Source: the human T2T-CHM13v2.0 reference genome, Homo sapiens. From it: a DNA stretch of 64,000 nt. Below the pieces are notes generated by a model that saw only the letters and a list, made by a program, of their open reading frames with translations, was not told where the DNA came from and did not search any database. The stretch lies in NCBI RefSeq assembly GCF_009914755.1, contig NC_060926.1. The stretch is one strand, 5' to 3'. Below, piece by piece: positions 51,954 through 64,000 of the stretch. A program made the translations under genes and the position numbers. Positions within the stretch are counted from its first letter, which is position 1; each line of letters starts with the position of its first letter.

Positions 51954-52664
51954 TCGTGTTTTATTTTTTACTCTCTCTGATCATAATGGCAGGTGTAGCA
52001 AGAACAGGAAAATTCCAAACACTTCTGCTCCCTCTACACTCATTATCCTGGAGACCCTAACTGAGACAAGAAGAGTTTCCTTTCTGACTCAACCAGGCCT
52101 CTCTCACTAGCCAACTTTTATAGCCAAGAAAGGAGTATCAGCCAGGGGTGCTTGGAATTTAGGAACACCCTCTTGTGGAGCAAGACTTCCTGGTTCCTCA
52201 CTGGAAGGTTGCACATAAGAGGCTGATAGCAGCCAGCAATAATAATATGTCTAGTTTCAGCTTTTCAACAAATGTAACTAAAGAACATATTGAGAAAAAG
52301 TAGCTTCCACTTCCAGTGGGTAACCAAGAGGAGCTCATAAAATCTGAGTTTCATTAAAGTAAGGTACCACTATGTACCTACTACAGTGACCCGAATCCAG
52401 AATACTAACAACAAATGCTGTGAGGATGTGGAGGAAGAAGAACTTCTGTTCATTGCTGCTGAGAATGCAAAATGGTACAGCCACTTTGGAAGACAGTTTG
52501 GTGGTTTCTTACAAAATTAAGAATCTTCTTCTCATAGAGTCCAGCAGTCAGGCTCCTTACTATTTACTCAAACTTATGCCCACACAAAAATCTGCACACA
52601 GATGTTTATAGCAGCTTTTTTCATAGTTGCCAAGATGTTCTTTCATAAGTGAATGCATAAATAG

Positions 52665-54362
<1,698 letters not shown>

Positions 54363-56795
54363 AGATAATGAAAGAATACTCAGCACTAAAAAGAAATGAG
54401 CTATCAAACCACGAAAAGACATGGAAGAGCCTTACACGATTTTCATTAACTGAAAGAAGGAAATCTGAAAAGGCTACATATCTGCCAGTGAGGAATACGT
54501 GTATGACTCCAGCAGTCTGACGTTCTGGAAAAAGCAAATCTATGGAGATGATAAAAAAGATCAGTGGTTACCAAAACTTGGGGGTTGGGGAAGGAATAGG
54601 ATGAGCATAGAGGATTTATCAGACCATGGCAATACTCTGTATGAAGTATAATGATGGATACATGTCATTCTTATACATTTGTCTAAACATGCATCCTGTG
54701 TGACTGTGCACATTTAAAATATGGACTTTAGGTGATAATGATGTGTCAGTGTATTTTCATCAATTGTAACAAACATACCACTCTGGTGGGGGATGTTGAT
54801 AATGGGGGAGGCTATGCATGGGTGGGGACAGGGAGTATGTGACAAATTTCTGTACCTTCCTCTCAGTTTTGCTTTCAACCTAAAACTGCTCTACAAAAAA
54901 AAAAAAAAAAAAAAGACTTTTTTTTATACTCAGAGTTTTTTTTTTTCTGAGATTAAGTTGGTTCCAGTGATGTGCATTTACTAACTTCCCCTTTTCTCAT
55001 TTATTTAGAAATAATATACAACAAGATGTACCTCAAGAATCCATAGAAATGGAGCAAATGAACAAATAATCAAGGGCTACTCCTGTCATTATAATTTTGT
55101 GGCTGACCTGGAAGTTATCTTGGTGTAGCTCTGTGACTATTTATATAACCTACTCCTAGCTTCTCTCATTCTCAGGGTCTCTATTCTTAACCACAACTAT
55201 TTAAACAATATATTTATTGGCAATTCTAGATGACAGATGGACATGTGCTAAGATGATCAGTGTGCACATCTGATTTTTCTAAATAGCCCACAGTAAGTGA
55301 ATAAGTGAATGTTCAGAAAATATCTGCCATGCTAAATTTAAGGTTCTCGTGCATATTTTATTTAGCATTACAAATTGACTAACAAAATTAAGTAGGGAAA
55401 ATATATATCAGATCCATGATGTTTTGTGAATAATTGACTAGCCACACAGGTGCATAAGATTTCAGATGAAAATTCCTTCTTTTGTGTGGAATATGTACTA
55501 TTAAAAGATTATAGGGGGAAATTCCATGGATTCCTTGTCATCCTTTAGAATAACAAGATTTTGTGCATAGTTTATTAAATAGCCACCAGTTTTCTAAATT
55601 TTTTGCCATTGTTATAATTTTACCTATATCACACTTATTCTAAGAAAATAAAATTTTATCACTTATTCTGACAATCATTATGCTTAAACAAAACTGCCTC
55701 TATTTTCTTCTGTTCTGGGGAACAGGTTGCTGCTTAAGCATAGCACTCTATCCTTGCTTTCCTATAGCACTCTGCACTTTCACCTTGTAGCACTTGACAC
55801 AATTATAATGGTATAATGACTCCTATAATGATTCATTTTATATTTGTCACCACCACTCAATTATAAACGATATGCAGTCAAGGTTCATGGCAGAAGTTTT
55901 TTAACTCATGCTATGGCCTCAGCCCAAAGTAGATAATCAATGAATATTTTTTTTTAAATTAAAGAATGGATAGACAGAAGAGAGTGGGGAATCCTATATC
56001 TTCCTCTACTCTTTGCCTTAGCTTTTCTAGGACTGCTGTGAGTAGTTGGGGCTAAAAGGAGGCAGAGGGGACTCAGGCAGCAAGCTCCTCTGCCACCAAA
56101 ACCTCTGCTCAATCTGTGCTCAGTCCCTCCCACTTTGGCTCTGGGTGTCAAATATCCTGCCATTGTGGACATAAACAGATGAGAATATGATTACTGTGAG
56201 ACCAGCAAAAGTTTTAGTGCGCTGACAAAAATAATAATAATAATAATAATTGCTTACACACATGGTCAAGGTCACTCTCACACCACACACCAACATTTAG
56301 GTAGCACACACTCAGCCCCTTTTGTAGACAGAATTTATTGTGGACAACTATACTACTATGAGTATATCCTTAACCTTTTGAAGTTGACCTCAGGGAGGAG
56401 AACCAGGAGGATAATTTACACAATTCTCTTTAGTGTAACTATCAGAAATAGAACATAAGATAGCTGGAATACAATTCTAGCAGTGTTTTATATTTTACTG
56501 TTTTATTCTGATTATTTAACATAAATAACTCGCCACATACAGTACAGCTTAAAATAAATCATTAGAACTATATATGTAACATACTAAGTCTAGGTGGGCC
56601 CAGTGATGAAGCAGATACAGGGGCTTCAACAGACAAGGTGAAAATAGATTAAAATGAGCATTAACCACTATTTAAGGAAATGTATGTCAAAAATCAGGTT
56701 GTAATAATAAAAATAATATTAAATAGTCATGATGACAGTAATCAAATCTGATGATGGAATGTGGACTCAAAAATACCTAAAGATTAAAAAATTCA

Positions 56796-57110
<315 letters not shown>

Positions 57111-57289
57111 TCAAGCAAGAAAATTCCTAATGGGATGGAAATGCTAAATGTTAAATAATAAAGAAAATTGCATATTATGACTTGGTGATTCAAATATTAT
57201 AATGAAATAATTTATAAGAGATAGTAGAAGAATAAGAAAGTATGTGTTGCTAGTTAAAGTCAATCAGTCAAAAAATATTTTGGTCTTTT

Positions 57290-58200
57290 TCATCTATACC
57301 AACCCTGCAATAACCTTTTAAATGACTTTCCCATTTCTGATTTCTTTGCTAGTCCATCAGGCTCCTTTCTTGACTCTGTGTTTAAGTCATTTTCTCCGTT
57401 TCACATGTTCATAAATTTTAAGGCCCAGTTGAATGCTAACTATTTTCCATGAGGTCTTCTCTGATCACTAGCTATTAGTAATGTCTCCCTCCACCAAACT
57501 GCCATAGAACTTTTTCAGCACCTCTCTTATTTATGACTCTTTGAACTTTCTACTTTGTAGTTTAGTGACTAATGTACATTTTTTTAAGTTCCTTATTTGT
57601 TCATAAACTTTGGAGAGTGCAATTTCTCTTTGACGGCATACACCACACAGTTTATTATACTATTCAGTACACAGCAGGTGCTCAACTGGTAAATGTAGAC
57701 AGTACACAATTTTCAAGAAAAGTTCTTATACATGAGATTCCAGAGAGCCTCCACACTTCTCTTTTCTCCCCAAGTTTCCTTCCCTGCTTTTCTAAACTTG
57801 GCTCTGAGTCCCCATTCAAGACTTAGCTCCTTAGTGGAGCTTCCCCTGACCCCCACATTCAAAGTTGTCTCTTCCCTGACAAAAACTCATCTATTCAACA
57901 TCTAAAAGGTTTGAGTCTTCATGTGCTACCTTGTGGTAGGTCACCATTTTTATGTTTATCAACTATTACCTGCCTCCCATTCAAGATTGTAAACTTTTTG
58001 AGAGCAGAGATCACATTTTATACATTTTGGTACTTACTGTCATTTAGTACTATTTATATATTTAGTAGTTATTGTCAGTCTCAGAACAGTGCTCCACGTC
58101 TATTGATTCTATTTTGTTCCCGAGATATCCTAAATATCTAGAACACTATCTGGCACACAGTAGGTGGTCAGTAAGTATTTGTTGAATGAGGTTGATAGAT
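57290..58200 (+). mobile_element. L2 3' fragments (probably two)
   Basis: TAAGGCCCAGTTGAATG..TTCTCTGATC, then CATTCAAGACTTAGCTC..TTCCCTGACC..AGATTGTAAACT..CTGGCACACAGTAGGTGGTCAGTAAGTATTTGTTGAATGA. Confidence 0.65.
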
Positions 58201-58854
58201 GATTAGTAAAACTTCTCAAAATTTTGAGTGAAAAGTTGACTCTTTGGCAGAAACTTCCAGGAGTTGATTTTAGAGCTAAGAAAAAATAGAAAGCAATGTC
58301 CACTCTTGGTAGAGCTAGGCAAAAACAGGCAGATGAAGTAGACACAGGTGTCTTCTCCACAATCCCCATTTCACTTTATCTTAGGCATGTCTCCTTCAGG
58401 AGCCACAGCCAGATCAGAGAGGCCTCCACTTGGAAATGATCCATCTCAGTGGTGTGGATGGATTAGACCATTTCTCCCACAACTAAGTGGTTTTTCTCTG
58501 GCCATTCTGAGGTATATGCCATGTGTCTCCTTCAGAAATATCCTTTTTCATGTGATGATTTCCAAAATATATTTTAGTCACTTCACTTTGTGTTTAAGTG
58601 AATAACTATGTCTCCATTCACTTATCATTAATAAACATATAATAATTCACCTAATCATGGAGGTGTTGGTTAAGCCAGCATATTTTGAGTTCATGTAGCC
58701 AAATACAGTGGTATTTAGTCACATGAAAGTTTAGCTTAGAACACAAATATGTGCTTTTTTTTTTCTGTTGGAGCTCTTATCTTGCAACATCCTTCCTTCT
58801 TTTCTTCTTTCCTTCCCTCCTACCCTCTTTCCTCCCCGCTTCTCACCCTCCCTC

Positions 58855-59245
58855 CACTAGTATCTACTGAAGCCCTTCTATGCAAAGCACAATACTACTT
58901 GCTGAAGATATAATGAGGAACAAGTCAGAAGTGTCTCTTCCTGTTCTACTAGAATTTACACTCTTAGAAGAGATGCAGACATTCAATTACTATTTTTTAC
59001 TATTTTAATTCCAACTATTACAAAAGTTGGACAGATAAAGAGGGACAGATAACTATGGGAGCTTAAAGGAATCTATCCTGGTTTGGTGGGAAAGGGATGA
59101 TAGATTTCAGTAGTCTGGAAAGGGTCACCTGAAAAAATGGTGTTAAGACTGAGTCATGAAGAGCTAGTAGGAAGGGAGGGTGGGAGGAAGGAGAGAGAGA
59201 GTGGGGAGTATTCCAGGTAGAAGAAAGCAAATGTGTGGCCTTGAG
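58855..59245 (-). mobile_element. L2 fragment, antisense
   Basis: TATCTACTGAAGCCCTTCTATGCAAAGCAC..TAGAATTTACACTCT..AGACTGAGTCATGAAG..TATTCCAGGTAGA. Confidence 0.55.
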
Positions 59246-60479
59246 TGGTCACTTCTCTTTGGCTTATCGTATATATCTATGAGCTAATGAGAATGAAAAT
59301 TCCTTTTTTTTCAAATTGTTAGGTTAGCTTAAAGAGATATTGACTCATTAAATACAAAACACAAGAAGACATTAATATAAAATTGTATACATTTTTTAAA
59401 GCCTATATTTTCTCCCTTGAATTAAAAATAAAGTGCAGCATGTTGAAATGTTGAACCCTGGCCATATGACAAAATTGGAAGTCTCTCTTTGCTTACACCT
59501 TGGGGCAGAGGCAGGCATCAGACAAAGTCCTTTTTATTTTGTATCCTTAAGAGTATTTCAAGGTCAAGTTAAATGAAAAACTAGTCATTGGCTCTGTTAG
59601 ATTTTCAAATATATCCTCAATAAAATGTACACTATTAATCATTTTCATATTGGTGATTTTAATCAACTTTTAAACCATTACTTTTTAGAAAAGTTTTTCA
59701 CAATTTCTGGTTTCTAGGGTAATTGAAATTTCAGTATATAATTATAGTAGTATAAATATGATACTTAAAAGTATTATTAAAGGTCATTAAAATATTTTAA
59801 AAAAACTGGTAGGGCAAGAAGACTTTACTACAAGTTAATGAAATGGGGGTAATTTAGTTGAAAAGAAACAAAATGATTACAAATTAAAGATTACTATTCT
59901 GTGGCACTCTTTCTTTAGTTGACAGTGAATAAGGTAGAGTTACTATATTTTTATTCATATTATGATTTGGCCCCTTTCTAGAAAAGTGAAAATTTTATGT
60001 AACTCTGATACATGGAATATATTTTGAAATTAAGAAGTATATGTACATATATTAGTCATTATTATTACTGCAACTATTCCTAGTGAAAAATATACCTCAT
60101 TCAAAGAGAAAGATAAATTTCAACAACTGTTATATATGCACACTTTTTGCCCATAAAACTAAGCAAGCCTAATAAATTAAAATTTATCTAAGTCACAACC
60201 ATCCAATTAGGGACACTTTCTTGCAATCAGATTACAAAGGATATTTTTATCTCTTTCAATTTAGCAGTCAGGTTAGGGCTCCCTAATAGAAGGCTGCGTA
60301 GCTCATTAGTCCTACCACTTTGGATGGCCTTTACTCTTAACTTCATTCTCCGTAACTCAAGGGGAGTCAGTGTGTAACTGTGGGTGCAGAGCAGCAATGA
60401 GGATGCTTGAGTCTTCATTCTGAAGGGATCACCTGTGGAAAGAATGATCAGCTTTCAGAAAATCTCATCTGGTTAAGTC

Positions 60480-61335
60480 ATATTTCTCTGCTTTAAAATG
60501 TTACAGGATTTCTCATTGCCCTTAGCACAGTTTCTCAAACTTTATTGAACATCAGAATTACTTGAAGGGTTTTCGAACTCATGAATTATTCGGCCTTGCC
60601 CCAGAGTTTCTAATTCAGTAGGTCTTGGGTGGGGAACATACTTTGAGAATTCTGACCTATAGGATAAACACTAGAGTTCTTATTATGTCTTACAAGGCCC
60701 ATCATGATCTGAAGGCAGCGGTGGTTGCTGGTGGAGGATGTGAGCTTTGGAACTGGAGCTCTTTGATTCAAAGCTCTGCCGCTTACTCACTGGATAAGAC
60801 CATGATCAAGTTATTTCATCTGAAAAATTGAGGTAATAATAATATCTCCCTCTTAGGGTGGTTATGAATATTTTATGAGATAGTACATTTTAAAATAGGT
60901 AGATTCCAGAAGAATATCAGCTATTAGGATTATGATTACCTCTCCGGTTTCTTCTCTTGGTTGGATGTCCTAGTGCCAACCATACCAGACTACTTCAGAC
61001 CATAGTAACATCACGGTTTTCCATCCTTGAAGCTTCAAATGTTCAGTTTTCTCAATATAGTTTCTACCCTTTTCCTACATCTTTCCCACCTTCATCTAGC
61101 TAACTCCTACTGAGACTGGAGAGCTCAGCTTTTACGTCACCATTCCAGGAAAGCCAACCTAGCCATGGTTGTATGTACTTTGCCATTAAAACACTGATGT
61201 CCACGTACATGTTTGTATCTGTCTTCTCTACTGGACTACAAACTCAGGAGGGTAAGAATGATCTGTTCACTGGTACAGTCTCCATGCCAAATAGTTGCTT
61301 AATAGGTATCTGCTGAGTACATGAATGAATCATCA
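60480..61335 (+). mobile_element. L2 3' portion with nested MER5-type MITE (~60527-60655) and MIR (~60712-60930)
   Basis: L2 CTCATTGCCCTTAG, then CAGTTTCTCAAACTT..TCTAATTCAGTAGGTC..CTTTGAGAA, then GGATAAA..CAAGGCCCATCATGATCTG, then a MIR, then CTACTGGACTACAAACTC..ATGAATGAAT. Confidence 0.65.
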
Positions 61336-61689
61336 TTCATGCTGTCTGTGGGATTCTGGTCTGGGCTTACAAAAAAAAAAAAAATGAAAGTTTAGTATAG
61401 AACACTGGAGTGGAGAGATCTCTGCCCCTTCACTGGAAAAATATGCCAAGACTGGAACTGAATGACAATAGATACCTAGCACCTTTTGCGAAGTTATGAA
61501 TATCAGAGGCATATGACATACAATATGTCTAGTCACATTATGTTAATACAGGGATTTTAATTTCTTTTATATTTAGATATGTCATTCTACTACTTAAATC
61601 TTTAAAAATACTAAAGCTAAGAAGAGCTCTGGGAAGGAAACACAACATAATAGTTTCTTTAGCAGCTTGGTATGGCTATTTTGTCTAAT

Positions 61690-61920
61690 CAGCAGCACAG
61701 TGGTTACAAGTATAGATTCAAGGACACAATACTGCTTGTATAACTTACTTGCTGATGACTTTGGCTAAGGTTCTTAGTTTTCTGAGACCAGATTATTTTC
61801 CTGGTAAAATGGGCAGAATAGTAATTATCAATTAGTATTATTACAATTGAAATTAAGTACACAAAGCTCTTAGGCACTTATTCCTAAGAAGCAATCCTGA
61901 TATATTTTAGCTATTCATTG
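61690..61920 (+). mobile_element. MIR
   Basis: GCAGCACAGTGGTTA..CTTACTTGCTGATGACTTTGG..GTAAAATGGG..AATAGTA..TTAGCTATT. Confidence 0.55.
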
Positions 61921-64000
61921 TTTTATGATGTGGCCATTATAGTGTTCTTCTCATGGAGATTCAGTCAAAAACTAATAGTGTATATGTCTGCTTTGACTTG
62001 ATTTTATAAAAGGAGAATGAATTTCAACATGTAATCAGAGTAGAAATGGAAATGATGAGCAAACAGGGTAAAAACCACTTCAGTGATGAAATCTATAGTA
62101 AATCTCCATAAAACTGCTACTCGGAATTATTTGGGGATCTCTAAGTATAAAACACATAGAATCATGTAAACGAGTTTGATCAGTGGTAAAGTTTGGCTGA
62201 GTTTGTCTTTACTGAACTAGAGTAACATTTGTTTCCATATTTACCTATGGAGCAGGGTGCTGGGTTTTGGCACAAGACAATCACCAGTCTTACATTAGCT
62301 TTCTGCTATGATCCTTTTGTATGGCATCAGATAGTCAGATGGGTCAGATGACTTCCACATATTTTGCAGGGTAAATTTCAAGGATGCTGGAACAATTGGG
62401 AACACTTTCTGGGCATCTCCAACTCATTTTTCTACAAGTTGTGCTAGGAGGCTTTCTTTCCACACATCATCATTATTAAACCTCCTGCTTCAGATGACAA
62501 TTGCCCATTTCAGTGGTTTGTCTCCCCCACAGATTGTCAGGTCCTTGAGGACGTCAACTATGTGTTATTCATCGGGTAGTGTCAGTGCTTGGTACAGTGG
62601 CTGGACCAGAATAGGGGTTCCATTGTTGAACTGAACTTCAGTTGAGCTGAACTGAATGTTCTTTCACTTTTTAAGATTAATAAAGTATAAGCTACTAGGG
62701 TAATATCCAAGTGGTCTCCAAGAAAGTCAGAACTTGACAGTGAACCATTACAACCACAAGGTAGGAAATCCTAACACCAGCAATCAAAAAAGGATCAAAT
62801 ACAAGTTTAGAGTTTGGAGCAGTTTGGGTTATTGGTTTCTCTAGGGAGAAGTGATTTGACATTTTCTTCCCCCATCCCTGAACCCACACTGTTTTAGTAG
62901 AGAGCACCAAATTGAAAAAACTAACAAACTTTTAAGAATCAGAATATATAAATCAACTGTTACTGTCAAATTCATGGATAGAGAATATAGTGTACACGTA
63001 GCCTAAATTAGTGATGTTCTTGAGGCTGTTCAATGATTTAAGAGGGCAAAACTTTGACAAGATGGGGTTCCAAATAATCACATATTTAAAATGGCATTAA
63101 GATAGAAGTAATTCTTTTTCCTTAATATTAGTCATCTAATAGTTTTGGCAGAGAAGTCTTGACAAATTCTTTAAATTTCAAGAATTGGACCTCTGCTCAG
63201 AAGGGAACCTGAAATTGCATGACATGAACCCAGCCACCACAATTATTTCTTCAGAAGATTTAGAAGCTCTTCACTGAAACTTAGCACAAAGTAATAGCTC
63301 TAATAGCAGAAATCTGAGATCCAAAGAACAGTTCACTATTTCAGCTTCTCACTTCTTGAGCTTTGAGGAAAACAAGCCCTTTATTCATTTTGGATTAATA
63401 AGAGGAACCTAACCATAAGTGATTTCAGTTTTCTCTGTAAGTTGTAGTCATTGTGAATTCCCTTCTGTAGATCACAAACGGGGCTGACTTTCAAGTTAAA
63501 GTGACTTCTCTTTAAAATAAATTAATTAAAATTCTATCACTGTATACCTCTCTGAGTTCTCTCCTCCCTCCAAATACATTCTATACACAAACTCAAATAG
63601 ATTAATATTTTATTTCTAATTAAAAATAACTGCAAAACAATGTCACAGAATGTCACAGTGGACATACATCAACAATGTATTTCAACTTGAACTCTAGGGA
63701 AGAAAGATCTCAAATTATTTGCATGAATATTCAATAAGCCTATGAATCTTTCAGTCACAGTTAATGTTCAGAAAGGAGAATAGGTATTCACAAATCAAAA
63801 AATTAGCAAATAAAATGAAATTCTGTGTTACTGTCAAAGCCACAAAATGCGTTATTCTTTCTGGCTATGTATCTACATTACCTATATATCTAACTGGAAA
63901 AGTTAAAGAATGCAGTTTAATTGTTTTGCCATATAATACTGAGCAATTTTAGAAATGAACAATTTTAGAAATTTCCCTTTACTGTAGAGACAAAAGTTTC

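Overview
This is AT-rich, CpG-depleted primate (human-like) genomic DNA that reads as a gene desert or deep intron. I found no convincing cellular protein-coding exon, CpG island, RNA gene or prokaryote-type system. A large share of the window is recognisable interspersed repeat. L1: a 4.9-kb old L1M/L1MA 5' half, several L1PA/PB/MC/ME pieces, and a young L1PA2/3-type insert with an open 1.4-kb ORF2 C-terminus. Also about ten Alus, many L2 and MIR fragments, LTRs (MER51-like, MST, MLT1), DNA-transposon fossils (Charlie/Buster transposase, Tigger, MER3, MER33, MER5) and microsatellites. Most long ORFs in the supplied track are repeat-derived or random. The most notable observations are structural: a ~90-bp near-perfect dispersed duplication 3.3 kb apart, a 3'-truncated tail-less L1 bracketed by a 20-bp direct repeat, a trimeric AluJ and a reciprocal hybrid Alu monomer each within one TSD, a ~2-kb hAT transposase fossil, and a repeat-free homeobox/SOX-motif-dense candidate enhancer. 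I do not see evidence of a new biological system. Subfamily names were assigned by eye from remembered consensus features, and boundaries of old repeats are approximate.
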